Of a DNA stretch of 55,559 nt, positions 18,592 to 28,112 are shown piece after piece. The stretch lies in contig JAADGC010000197.1 of assembly GCA_013152585.1 (NCBI GenBank), forward strand, positions 1-55,559, written 5' to 3'. A program made the position numbers and the translations under genes. How positions within the stretch are numbered: the first letter of the stretch is position 1; every line of letters starts with the position of its first letter. Under the pieces are notes generated by a model that was not told the DNA's origin, did not search any database, and saw nothing but the letters and a program-made list of their open reading frames with translations. Source of the DNA: Chloroflexota bacterium. Lineage in GTDB: Bacteria > Chloroflexota > Anaerolineae > J102.

Positions 18592-19293
18592 ATGAAAGAG
18601 CGCCTGCTGTACATCGGCGCCGATGTAAATAGCAAGGCACCGGTCGCCTATCTCCGCAAAAAGGGATACGACGTCTCTCAATGCCGCGGCCTGCGCCCTT
18701 CGCTCCGGGCCCTGGCTCAATACCAGCACCACGCCGTGATCATCGATCTCGGCGATGTCAGCATGATCAATGCCAGGCGCATCTCGCGTAAGGCTGGCCG
18801 GCGCCCCGAAAAACCCTTCACCCTGTTATTGATCAGCCATCGTTCCCAGCAACTGGATGAGTTGCTCTATGACGATACCCTCACGCGCCCTTTCACGTCC
18901 CGCAAGCTGGAGTTGCTCCTGCGTAAATATCTGGACCGGCGCCGAAAACTGGTCATGCAAGTGGGGCCACTTACCCTGGACCAACGTACGCATGTGGTGA
19001 AAACGCCCCAGGGATTAGTACGGTTGACTCGTAAACAGTTCCAGTTGCTTGAGTTCTTCATGCAACACGCAAATCAAATGGTGACCCGCCGCGATTTGAT
19101 GATGGCAGTGTGGGAGACCGATTATCTGGGGGATACGCGTACACTGGATGTGCATATCAGGTGGCTGCGCGAGCAAATCGAAGCGGATCCCAGCCATCCC
19201 CACCATCTGATCACCGAACGCGGGCAGGGTTATTGCCTGAAAATCACGGATGCCCCCAAATGTGGGGGCGATCCGCTGCTTGTCGAGAGTTAA
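18592..19293 (+). CDS. OmpR/PhoB-family winged-helix response regulator with atypical receiver domain
   Basis: C-terminal LTRKQFQLLEFFM...VW..DY.GDTRTLDVHIRWLREQIE..P..P..LITERGQGY; GAGGAGG RBS. Confidence 0.88.
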   Translation: MKERLLYIGADVNSKAPVAYLRKKGYDVSQCRGLRPSLRALAQYQHHAVIIDLGDVSMINARRISRKAGRRPEKPFTLLLISHRSQQLDELLYDDTLTRPFTSRKLELLLRKYLDRRRKLVMQVGPLTLDQRTHVVKTPQGLVRLTRKQFQLLEFFMQHANQMVTRRDLMMAVWETDYLGDTRTLDVHIRWLREQIEADPSHPHHLITERGQGYCLKITDAPKCGGDPLLVES

Positions 19294-19296
19294 TGG

Positions 19297-22200
19297 TCAC
19301 TGGGGCCGCACGACCATCGGCAGGTAGAGTGGCTGAGGTGTGGGCGTAGGTGTGGGGAGGGGCTGATGCCCGAAGTTCATTTCCAACACATCTCCGGCAT
19401 GAAGCATGAGATGCAAGGGGGTTTGAGGCTGAGCGGGACCATAGCCCGCTGGGGGGATGATGTCGAGATCATATTCGCCGGCCGCGAGCGACTCAAAAGC
19501 ATAGGTGCCAGACGCGACGGTCGTCTGCTGCCGGGTCTCGATGGCCGTATGCAAAAGCACCGTGGCCCCAGCCAAACCTGATTCCCCGGCGTCGTACTGA
19601 CCATTAGCGTTGGCATCCACAAACACCCTGCCCGAAATGCGGGCGGGCACGGGCGTGGGCGTAGCGGTGGCAGTAGGAGAGGCAGTGGGGGTTGGTGTTA
19701 ATGTGGGAGTCGGACTGGGGGTGGGGCTGGATGTGGCCGTCGCCGTGGGCGTGGGTGTGGGCGTGGCCGGTCGCGGTTGCAGATGAAACTGAACGCTGAG
19801 TTGGGGACGGGTGGAAGTGTCGGCATATTCGCTACTGCGCACCCAAATCTGCCGGGCTCCGTCTTCGGGCAACAGGAGCACGCCGTGGTTACTCGCCGGA
19901 TCGGCAGCCCACCCTTGCACCGCAGCAGTCAGATCCCACTGCAAGGGGGCATTGCGGATAGCTTCCGTCAGCACGACTTGATCCAGGGCACCGGGGGCGC
20001 GATCGGCCTCGGGCCAGGTGGCGCCGCCCCCTTGCCACGGTTGGCCGGTGTCGGCTTCATTCCAGGTGGCGGTCTTCTCGTTCCATGGACGCAGCAACTG
20101 GTAGGCAGAAATCGTCAGCGGCGAATCCACCCGGCTGCTGTTGACATGCAGTTGCAGCGTGGCGGCATCTATCTGGGCGCCAGAGGGAAGTTGTGGCAGG
20201 TCGAAACGGAGTAAGGCGTCGGCAAAGACCTGCCCGACATTGTAAATCACATAAAAAGTGTCTTCGTTGCCATGCGGCGTATTGCCGGTCTGATCGTACC
20301 AGCGTTCCAAAAAAGTGTCGGTGTTGCCGGCATAGGCATCCACGCCATTTTGATAGCTGAGGGAGTTGGCGATCAGGCGCAGGCTGCCAAAGGTGGCTGG
20401 ATTGGCGTCGACACGACGGTTCTCGAGCACCAGCGTGTGTTCAACGCCATTGCCATCATCATCTTCGATGGCCAAATTAAAGCCCACACTATCACCAGCG
20501 GCAAAGCTACTGCGCCCCAGCAAAACCGCGGGCACGCCCAGCTCTACCGTCCAGCCCTGCGCATGCACCTGCACCGCTGCCGACACGAACGCAGTCTGGG
20601 CGGGGTGCAGAGTGTCGGTGACGACGCCGTCGCTGCCAATGCGCAGCAGATGATCGTCGGCGCCCGGCCAGACATTGTCGTCGCTGCCATCCAATGCCAC
20701 CAGCAAAGCATCGGACGTGAGGGTGATGCCCTGCGTATCGGTGATTTCAGCCAACAAATAGAGGGTATCGGTCATCCAGCGACTGCTGATGCTGGCGCTG
20801 AGATCGGTGATGGCCGGCGGCACGGGATCACCCAGCACTGCCCCGGCATTACTCGCATCCAGGAGCAATTCTCCGCCCAGATACCAGTCCCCGGGCTGAC
20901 CATCTATGACCACAGATGCCTCTTGCTGATAGCTGCCCAGGGTACGGCCGGGGCTGAGATAGCGCAGAATGGCGCCATCGTTGCCGACAGCCATGCCGTG
21001 GGTGTTGTCGGCAAAGGCCACATCCATGAGATGGGAGGATGCGGGGGCCTCGACGGCTGCCTTTTGCCAGCTAGCACCGCCGTCGTCGGTGTAGAGGATG
21101 GTGTTATCCCAGCCTACCACCCAGCCATGCAGGGCATCCAGCATCTCGATGCCCTCGAGCGGTAGCGTGTCGGCGGGTAGGGGTTGGTATTCCCACGTGG
21201 TGGTGGTGTCGAGGGCGCTACCATCCGCCGTGTGGGCGATGACGCCTTCCTCGGGTGTGGGACATTCTTCATCGACAAGAGGGCCGCGGCAGCCCACAAA
21301 CCAGGCCTGATCGACCTGCCCGTTTTGATCGGCATCCAGAATCTGTAGATCGATGTAGATGCCCTGGGACATGGCGGAATCGATGACCCGGCGCCAGGTC
21401 TGGCCGCCGTTGGTGGTCCAGCGATAGGAAAAGTTGCGCAGAGCAGTCCAGCCGGTGTTGGCATTGAGCATAGAAATAGCGACATTGACGCTGGTGCCGT
21501 CGCTGGTGCTGCCTTCCCATGTCTGGCCGCCGTTGGAGCTGCGATACATGTTGGGGACGCCGGTGGCAGCGCCCAGAAAGCCGGTGTTGAGATCAACCAT
21601 GTTGATGGCGTAAAAAGGCTTGCCGTAGCCGGCAACGCTTTGTCGCTGCCAACTCTGGCCGCCATCGGCCGTGGCGTAGATGGTGCCATAACGGCCGGAA
21701 AGCCAGCAGTGCTCGCTGTCGGGGCAGGAGATGCTCCACCAGCGATGTTGATCAGTCGTGCCGGTCTCCACCTTTTGCCATGACCATGTGAGCCCACCAT
21801 CCGTCGTTTTCCCCAACGCCGAGCTTTCGCCCACCACATAGCCAACATCCTTGCTGGGGAAAGCCGCGGCATACAGATGTGGTGTGAGGCCAAAGTCGCC
21901 GGCGCGGCGGGCAAAATGAACGCCATCGCTACTCTGGGTGATCCACCAGCCGCGGTCACCGTTGTCGGGCGCGGGTTTGACAGCACCGGCGGCCCACACG
22001 TCGTTGGCGCTCAGGGCCAACACCTTTTGGACATCGCGGGTGTTCGTGCCGGCATCGGTTTGGATTGTCCAGGTGTTGCCGTCGGTGGTGGTGGCGATAA
22101 TCCCGTTGCCGCCGCCCAGCACACCAAAATCCGGGAGCATGTGCAGGGAGAGGATGTCGATGGAATTGGCTTCCAGGCCGCTGACCACGGCTTGCCAGGT

Positions 22201-22941
22201 GGCGCCGCCATCGCTGGTCTGGCGCAACATCCCGACCTGTCCGCCGATCCAGCCGTGGCTGGCATCACTGAAGGAGACGGCATAGATGCCGGCCCAGGCG
22301 GGGAAAGTAGTGGTCATGGGCGTCCAGGTGGCGCCGCCATCGCCGGTGCGCAGGCCCACGCCTTTGGCGCCCACCGCATAACCGGTCTGTGTGTTCACGA
22401 ACAGGATGTCGTGCAAAGCCGTGCTCACACCGCTTTGCTGGCGGCTCCAGTTTTGACCGCCATCGGCGCTGAACCAGATGCTGCCATCGTTGCCCGTGGC
22501 CCAGGCCAGACCGCCATCGAGCAGGCTGACGGCGGTCAGATCGGCGGATGTAATTGCCGTTGCCTGCGACCAGGTCTGGCCCCCATCGCCACTATAAAAA
22601 ACCGTGCCGCTTTGCCCCACGATGATGCCCTGACCCCCGGCGTTCAGTGCCAGGCCCAGAAAATCGGTGGGGGTGATGAGTGAGCGATAGCGCCAGGTGG
22701 CGCCCGCATTCTGGGTTTCGAGCAGCATACCGGCCGAACCCACGGCCAGACAGGTCTGGGAAGAACGGCAGGCCAGATCAGTGACGCTGCCTGTGCCTCG
22801 CCAGGCAGTTTCCCAGGCGCCAGGGACAGAGGCAGGGGCGGAGGGATGCAGAGGCAGGGCTCGGGATTGAGCACTGGGGGCGGGAATCAGCAGGGCCGCA
22901 GCCAGCACGATCAGGGCGATGGAAAAGATGTATTTACGCAT
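19297..22941 (-). CDS. Large exported multidomain protein: YCF48/BNR (Asp-box) beta-propellers, CBM9/DOMON-like, DNRLRE-like, Pro/Thr linker, SdrD B-like domain
   Basis: Signal peptide from ATG 22941; many T.DGG.TW Asp-boxes; IDG...DW; LLRFDL...A.L.L; GRVFVDANANG.YD.GE; C-terminus LYLPMVVRPQ. Confidence 0.82.
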   Translation of the reverse strand: MRKYIFSIALIVLAAALLIPAPSAQSRALPLHPSAPASVPGAWETAWRGTGSVTDLACRSSQTCLAVGSAGMLLETQNAGATWRYRSLITPTDFLGLALNAGGQGIIVGQSGTVFYSGDGGQTWSQATAITSADLTAVSLLDGGLAWATGNDGSIWFSADGGQNWSRQQSGVSTALHDILFVNTQTGYAVGAKGVGLRTGDGGATWTPMTTTFPAWAGIYAVSFSDASHGWIGGQVGMLRQTSDGGATWQAVVSGLEANSIDILSLHMLPDFGVLGGGNGIIATTTDGNTWTIQTDAGTNTRDVQKVLALSANDVWAAGAVKPAPDNGDRGWWITQSSDGVHFARRAGDFGLTPHLYAAAFPSKDVGYVVGESSALGKTTDGGLTWSWQKVETGTTDQHRWWSISCPDSEHCWLSGRYGTIYATADGGQSWQRQSVAGYGKPFYAINMVDLNTGFLGAATGVPNMYRSSNGGQTWEGSTSDGTSVNVAISMLNANTGWTALRNFSYRWTTNGGQTWRRVIDSAMSQGIYIDLQILDADQNGQVDQAWFVGCRGPLVDEECPTPEEGVIAHTADGSALDTTTTWEYQPLPADTLPLEGIEMLDALHGWVVGWDNTILYTDDGGASWQKAAVEAPASSHLMDVAFADNTHGMAVGNDGAILRYLSPGRTLGSYQQEASVVIDGQPGDWYLGGELLLDASNAGAVLGDPVPPAITDLSASISSRWMTDTLYLLAEITDTQGITLTSDALLVALDGSDDNVWPGADDHLLRIGSDGVVTDTLHPAQTAFVSAAVQVHAQGWTVELGVPAVLLGRSSFAAGDSVGFNLAIEDDDGNGVEHTLVLENRRVDANPATFGSLRLIANSLSYQNGVDAYAGNTDTFLERWYDQTGNTPHGNEDTFYVIYNVGQVFADALLRFDLPQLPSGAQIDAATLQLHVNSSRVDSPLTISAYQLLRPWNEKTATWNEADTGQPWQGGGATWPEADRAPGALDQVVLTEAIRNAPLQWDLTAAVQGWAADPASNHGVLLLPEDGARQIWVRSSEYADTSTRPQLSVQFHLQPRPATPTPTPTATATSSPTPSPTPTLTPTPTASPTATATPTPVPARISGRVFVDANANGQYDAGESGLAGATVLLHTAIETRQQTTVASGTYAFESLAAGEYDLDIIPPAGYGPAQPQTPLHLMLHAGDVLEMNFGHQPLPTPTPTPQPLYLPMVVRPQ

Positions 22942-22963
22942 ATTTTGGAGGGTGAGTGAGAGA

Positions 22964-24019
22964 TTAGGTGAAAAGCTGAGAGAAGACCTGAATGGCTTCT
23001 TCGATGTCGGCGGCGGCAATGCCATAGTGAGTGACAGCACGCAGCCGGTGGGGACTGGTGTCGAACACGCCCACTTCCTGCTCCCGTAAACGGGCCGCCA
23101 CATCCGCAGCACTGAAATCGGGATGCACCACGTCGATATAAACGATGTTGGTTTGCACGTGTGACAGATCGACCGCAAAGCCAGGCACCGCGGCCACGCC
23201 TTCAGCCAGACGGCGGGCATTGACGTGATCTTCCGCCAGGCGGCCCACCATCTGCTGCAGGGCGACAATCCCCGCCGCAGCGATGATCCCGGCCTGACGC
23301 ATGCCCCCGCCCAGCACTTTGCGGGCGCGACGGGCGCGACGGATGAAATCTGCGGAACCACATACCACCGAGCCCACCGGTGCGCTCAGGCCTTTGCTGA
23401 GACAGAAGGTGACAGAGTCGGCATTGCGCACCAATGCTTTCACGTCACCTCCTTGGGCAACCGCAGCATTGAAGATGCGGGCGCCGTCGATATGCAGTTT
23501 CATGCCGTGATCGTGGGCGAAGGCAGCCACGGCATCGGTGTAGGCGGGGGTGAGATACGAACCATAGCGACGGTTATGCGTGTTTTCGAGCACCACCAGC
23601 CGGGAGATGGGAAAATGCTCGTTGTCGGCCCGCACGGCCGCGGCCAGGTCTTCCAGACGGATGGTGCCATCGTCTTGATTGGGCACGGTACGGGGATGGA
23701 TGCCGCCCAAGGCGGCCGATCCCCCCTGTTCGTACAAAAACGTGTGGCCTAAATGGCCCATGATGACCTCATCGCCACGACCGCAGTGGGCCAACAGGCT
23801 GGACAGATTGCCCTGGGTGCCGCTGGTGACATAGACAGCGGCTTCTTTGCCCATCGTCTCGGCGGCCAGAGCCTCGAGCGCACAGACGGTGGGGTCTTCG
23901 CCTACGACATCATCGCCCACAGGGGCTGTGGCCATGGCCTGACGCATAGCGGGCGTAGGCTGGGTGAAGGTATCGCTACGCAGATCGATACGGGGGGGGA
24001 GGGGTGCCTGAGTACGCAT
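22964..24019 (-). CDS. ltaE: Low-specificity L-threonine aldolase
   Basis: IDLRSDT, VGDDV.GEDPT, SGTQGN, ENTHN, HIDGARIFNA, PLP-lysine motif CLSKGLSAPVG, GGGMRQAG. Confidence 0.94.
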   Translation of the reverse strand: MRTQAPLPPRIDLRSDTFTQPTPAMRQAMATAPVGDDVVGEDPTVCALEALAAETMGKEAAVYVTSGTQGNLSSLLAHCGRGDEVIMGHLGHTFLYEQGGSAALGGIHPRTVPNQDDGTIRLEDLAAAVRADNEHFPISRLVVLENTHNRRYGSYLTPAYTDAVAAFAHDHGMKLHIDGARIFNAAVAQGGDVKALVRNADSVTFCLSKGLSAPVGSVVCGSADFIRRARRARKVLGGGMRQAGIIAAAGIVALQQMVGRLAEDHVNARRLAEGVAAVPGFAVDLSHVQTNIVYIDVVHPDFSAADVAARLREQEVGVFDTSPHRLRAVTHYGIAAADIEEAIQVFSQLFT

Positions 24020-24050
24020 GATTTGACCTCACATATGAATAAAAGCGGAA

Positions 24051-24881
24051 TCAGTATTTTTTGACAATGGGCCCGTACGAGACCGGCGAACGCGACATGA
24101 TGATCTGCATCTCTTCGCGATAACGGCGCACGGCATCGGTATCTATTTTGGCAAAGGCGTAGCCCGTGGGCGGCGCCTCCTCTTCTTCGGGATCGAAGAT
24201 ATGGCTCATGATTTCACCGTTGGGAGCCACGATCATGCTTTCGCCAAAGTATTGGCGGCTGGGCTCGTCGCCCACGCGGTTGGCTGCCAGCAAAAAAACA
24301 CCGTTTTCTACCGCTCTGGCCACGGTAAAGGCGCGCCACTCACGCTGAAACGGGCTTTCGTAGGCGGAGGGGACGCAAATGATCTCGGCGCCCTGCAACA
24401 CCAGGGTGCGCGCTGCTTCCGGAAAGGCAATATCCCAGCCCAGCATCACGCCCACGGTGCCAAAGGCGGTATCGAACACCGAAAACCGGTATCCGGGTCG
24501 GAAGCTCAGCTTTTCTTCGCCCTTGAGGTGCACTTTGCGGTATTCGCCCAGGTGTTCGCCATCGGGGCCAATAGCAATAGCGGCGTTGTAAAAAATGCTC
24601 TCGATTTTTTCTTTGGTGGGCAGGCCAAAGACAATGTGCGTAGCGAAGTCGGCCGCTTTGGTTGCCAGCACATTGAATTGATGCCCGGGCACACGTTCGG
24701 CCAGGCGATTGAAGTTGACGCCATTCTCGACGCCTGTGGTGGCCAATTCTGGGAAGACGATGAGATCGGTGTCTTCTTCCTGGCAGATTTTTTCGATCAT
24801 CTGCGCCATGTGATAAAGATTGGCCTCCAAATCCCCCAGTACAGGTTGTGTTTGCACGACGGCAACAGTGATTTCAGGCAT
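24051..24881 (-). CDS. Carbon-nitrogen hydrolase (nitrilase superfamily) protein, nucleophile Cys replaced by Gly
   Basis: FPELATTG, YRKVHL, ARAVEN and NRVG present; the (I/L)C(Y/W)D..FPE motif reads LGWDIAFPE. Confidence 0.88.
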   Translation of the reverse strand: MPEITVAVVQTQPVLGDLEANLYHMAQMIEKICQEEDTDLIVFPELATTGVENGVNFNRLAERVPGHQFNVLATKAADFATHIVFGLPTKEKIESIFYNAAIAIGPDGEHLGEYRKVHLKGEEKLSFRPGYRFSVFDTAFGTVGVMLGWDIAFPEAARTLVLQGAEIICVPSAYESPFQREWRAFTVARAVENGVFLLAANRVGDEPSRQYFGESMIVAPNGEIMSHIFDPEEEEAPPTGYAFAKIDTDAVRRYREEMQIIMSRSPVSYGPIVKKY

Positions 24882-24922
24882 GTAGAATGCTCCCTAAAGA
24901 AGTATTACGAACTGATGTTCTA

Positions 24923-24951
24923 ATTTTATCGTTGAATGCCGCCCTTGTCAA
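24923..24951 (-). promoter_or_regulatory. sigma70-type promoter
   Basis: TTGACA-N17-TAAAAT on the minus strand upstream of the C-N hydrolase. Confidence 0.7.
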
Positions 24952-24995
24952 TTGCTTGACGGCGCAAATGCTGGCACTGAATCCTGAAACTAACA

Positions 24996-25024
24996 CAAAA
25001 AGACGTGAGCAGCACTCACGCCTT
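24996..25024 (-). terminator. Rho-independent terminator after rplS
   Basis: Minus-strand hairpin AGGCGTGAG-loop-CTCACGTCT followed by a T-run. Confidence 0.65.
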
Positions 25025-25059
25025 CTGTCTGAGCTTTAGAGTCGGGAGACAAAGCCTGG

Positions 25060-25410
25060 CTAGCGGCGGCGTTGTTTCAGGCGGGCTCTCTTGCCGACGC
25101 GATCGCGCAGGAAGTAGAGCTTGGCGCGACGCACTTTGCTATGGCGCACCACTTCCACCTTTTCGACGCGGGGGGCATGAATCCGGAAGATACGCTCGAC
25201 GCCGACGCTGTGGGCGCCAATTTTGCGCACCGTGAAGCTGGCCGAAGGACCTTTACCATTCGTGGCAATGACGGTGCCCTGAAACACCTGCACACGTTCA
25301 TTTCTCCCTTCCACAATGCGGTTATGAACCTTGACGATATCGCCAATACCGATTTCGGGGGGATTTTCTTTGAGTTGTTGGGCTTCCAACGATTGCAGAA
25401 GATAGGACAT
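25060..25410 (-). CDS. rplS: 50S ribosomal protein L19
   Basis: GD.VKVH..IVEG..ERVQVFQG, FTVRK....VGVERIF, KVRRAKLYFLR. Confidence 0.97.
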   Translation of the reverse strand: MSYLLQSLEAQQLKENPPEIGIGDIVKVHNRIVEGRNERVQVFQGTVIATNGKGPSASFTVRKIGAHSVGVERIFRIHAPRVEKVEVVRHSKVRRAKLYFLRDRVGKRARLKQRRR

Positions 25411-25525
25411 GTTATTTTTCCTCATTCACACAACGAAGGCGCCTGGGCGCCTTGTTTTTAGGCTCGATTATTGCAATCAAGCATTTTAGCATGACGCACA
25501 CAGAAGAGCAAATTCAAGTACGGGC

Positions 25526-25671
25526 AGGGGTGCGTCTCAGGAATTGGGGCGTCAGGTTGGAGGTGGCGCTGCGGCGCATCACGGATGCGCCGAGCGCTTC
25601 CTTTTTTCCTGTGTTGGCCGCATCCATGATGCGACCAACACACGCCACCAAAAACATGGGACGCACCCTAC
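25526..25671. repeat. REP/MITE-like palindromic element (GGGTGCGTC...GACGCACCC ends)
   Basis: Inverted ends GGGTGCGTCTCA / TGGGACGCACCCTAC; internal hairpins GGCGCATCACGGATGCGCC and GTGTTGGCCGCATC..GATGCGACCAACAC. Confidence 0.65.
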
Positions 25672-25705
25672 GGGCAGGGATAGGAGCCAAGGAACCAAGC
25701 GGTTA

Positions 25706-25734
25706 TTGACAGCCACCGTTCAGACCGCTACAAT
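25706..25734 (+). promoter_or_regulatory. sigma70-type promoter
   Basis: TTGACA-N17-TACAAT upstream of the PIG-L gene. Confidence 0.75.
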
Positions 25735-25812
25735 GACAGACGTCATCCCCCCAAAACCCTTGCCCTGCTGCGAGGGTTTTTCATGCCCAAAAAGGCAGCT
25801 CGCAGGCAATCC

Positions 25813-26538
25813 ATGAAGCACCCACTTCCTCCCGTCCCCGAAATAAAAACCGTTCTCGTTATCATGGCACATCCCGATGACGCCGAATTTTGCTGTGGCG
25901 GCACCGCCAAAATATTCAGCGCCCAAGGTGCCAGCGTCCATTACATTGTGCTCACCAATGGCGACAAAGGCAATCACAATCTCAGCATCACCGTGCCGCA
26001 ACTGGTGAAAACCCGCATGAGCGAACAGCGCGCGGCTGCCGCCATTCTGGGCGTTCGCGACGTTGTCTTCATGGGCGAAGAAGACGGCTTTCTCGAGCCC
26101 AGCCGAGAGTTGAGACGACGTCTTGTACGCCACATTCGCCGCCTGCGCCCCGATCTCGTCATTTGCCAATACCCCGAAATCCTCTTCCGCGGCGACAGCT
26201 ACATCAATCATCCCGACCATCGCAACGCCGGCCTGGCCACGCTAGAGGCCGTCTTTCCGGCCGCCGGCAATCCCATGTTCTTTCCCGATCTATTGGCCGA
26301 GGGCCTGGAACCCCACAACATCAAAGAGCTATGGATGTGCATGGCCCCCGAGCCCAACCATCGCCTCGACATCACAGCTTATTTCGAGATCAAAATCCAG
26401 GCTTTGCGGCAACACGCCAGCCAATTCGATGATCTCGATGCCATGGAAGGCTGGGTGCGAGAACGCTGGGCGGAAGAAGACGAGCAGGGAAAGCAACGCT
26501 TTTTCGAAGCTTTCAAGCGCATGCACTTTGCTAAGTAA
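25813..26538 (+). CDS. PIG-L/LmbE family deacetylase
   Basis: AHPDDAE, TNGDKG, R..E...AA..LG, HPDH, K..AL..HASQ motifs. Confidence 0.92.
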   Translation: MKHPLPPVPEIKTVLVIMAHPDDAEFCCGGTAKIFSAQGASVHYIVLTNGDKGNHNLSITVPQLVKTRMSEQRAAAAILGVRDVVFMGEEDGFLEPSRELRRRLVRHIRRLRPDLVICQYPEILFRGDSYINHPDHRNAGLATLEAVFPAAGNPMFFPDLLAEGLEPHNIKELWMCMAPEPNHRLDITAYFEIKIQALRQHASQFDDLDAMEGWVRERWAEEDEQGKQRFFEAFKRMHFAK

Positions 26539-26542
26539 ACGT

Positions 26543-26605
26543 CCATCGATGGCCTTTCGTTTTGCTCTCGCTGACTGAAGTCAGGCTCTTCAGGCCTGCG
26601 GCCAG
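26543..26605 (+). repeat. 63-bp intergenic direct repeat, copy 1
   Basis: 62/63 identical to 29952-30014; contains the CTGAC-TGAA-GTCAG hairpin. Confidence 0.9.
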
Positions 26606-27120
26606 GAGTCGGCCTTCGCCGACTCTCCATGTGGTGAAGATCGGGCGGCGATGGCCGTTTCCCGGCGCCAAAGAGCCCCAGCCTGCCCTCGATCGCTGTG
26701 AAGGGTTCCCTCGGCCAGCGTCAGCCCAAAAAAGGAATGGTATTCCTGGACGCTACCTAAGTAGTATATGAGGACTAAGGTATGCACCGGTTCCCCCAAG
26801 CTGGCATAGCCAGAACCAAGCACTCTCTCGCAAAGCATGGCCTGAGCATGGCCGAAGGGGCGCCAAGAACGCAACTGTAAAGCGCCTAACGCCGACCGCC
26901 TGGCCATGAATCCGGCTTGACGGGCATCGCCTTCTGCCAAGCCCCGTTCACGGGGCGCGGTTTTGGTGCCCAACGGTTCATCGCCGGGCGTTCCGCCCCA
27001 CACAACCAGTCCCTTAATGACGCCCTCGCGACCTGGAGCCAAACATCCAGAACAGAGGCATTTTGCTTCTGCGGCGAACGTGGTACAATTTTACTGTCCC
27101 CATCGCTCATCGGAGTTCTC

Positions 27121-28080
27121 ATGACCGACCCCCATCCTGTACCGAAATTGGTAGAAAACATTGTCGATAACGTCGAGCGCGTCATTATGGGCAAGCGCAA
27201 TGCCATCGAACAAACCTTGCTGGCCCTGTTGTGCGAAGGCCATTTGCTGATCGAAGATGTGCCTGGCTTGGGCAAAACCATGTTGGCCCGCGCCATCGCC
27301 CGTTCCATTGGCTGCCAGTTCAGCCGCATCCAATTCACGCCCGACATGCTGCCCAGCGATGTCACGGGAGTATCGGTCTACAATCAAAAAAGTCAGGAAT
27401 TCGAATTTCGGCCGGGTCCTATCTTTGCCCAGATCGTCCTGGCCGACGAAATCAACCGCGCCACACCCAAAACCCAGGCCGCCCTGCTTGAGGCCATGGA
27501 AGAACGACAAGTCACGGTGGATGGCGTCACCTATGCCCTGGCCCGGCCCTTTCTGGTTCTGGCCACCCAAAACCCCATCGAATACGAAGGCACCTTTCCG
27601 CTGCCCGAAGCCCAAATCGACCGCTTCATCATGCGCATTCACCTGGGCTACCCCGAGCGTCAGCACGAAATCGCCATGCTCGACTCGCAGGCCGACCATC
27701 ATCCCATTGCCGACATCCGGCAAGTCACAACTGAAGCCGAACTGCGCGCGGCCCAGGAAGCCGTGAAAACCGTTTACGTCGACGAACAAATCAAACAATA
27801 CATCATCGCCATCACTTCCGCCACCCGGCATCACGACGATGTTTATCTCGGCGCCAGCCCGCGCGGCTCCCTGGCCCTGTTCAAAACGGCACGCGCCTAC
27901 GCTGCGGTCCAGGGCCGCGACTACGTCTTGCCCGATGATGTCAAAGCCCTGGCAGCGGCTACCCTGGCCCATCGTCTGATCATCAGCCCTTCCGCCCGCA
28001 TCAAAAACGTCGATCCCATCACCGTCGTCCAGGAAACCCTCAACGCCATCGCCGTACCCGGCGCTCGGGTTTCCCCATGA
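27121..28080 (+). CDS. moxR: MoxR-family AAA+ ATPase
   Basis: [54 protein letters not shown]; TGGTACAAT extended -10 at 27081. Confidence 0.94.
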   Translation: MTDPHPVPKLVENIVDNVERVIMGKRNAIEQTLLALLCEGHLLIEDVPGLGKTMLARAIARSIGCQFSRIQFTPDMLPSDVTGVSVYNQKSQEFEFRPGPIFAQIVLADEINRATPKTQAALLEAMEERQVTVDGVTYALARPFLVLATQNPIEYEGTFPLPEAQIDRFIMRIHLGYPERQHEIAMLDSQADHHPIADIRQVTTEAELRAAQEAVKTVYVDEQIKQYIIAITSATRHHDDVYLGASPRGSLALFKTARAYAAVQGRDYVLPDDVKALAAATLAHRLIISPSARIKNVDPITVVQETLNAIAVPGARVSP

Positions 28081-28112
28081 TGGTTTACCGCTCCTTCTGC
28101 TCCTGAGACATT

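Noticed and set aside
22942-23361. 140-aa N-terminal extension of the 1354-aa ORF
   Set aside because: It overlaps ltaE in another frame, and a clear signal peptide starts at ATG 22941.
26860-26885. GCAACTGTAA resembling a second cobalamin riboswitch core
   Set aside because: The upstream GGGAA..GGTG block, the CCC before GCAACTG and the downstream AGCCAG box are missing, and the downstream gene is unrelated to B12.
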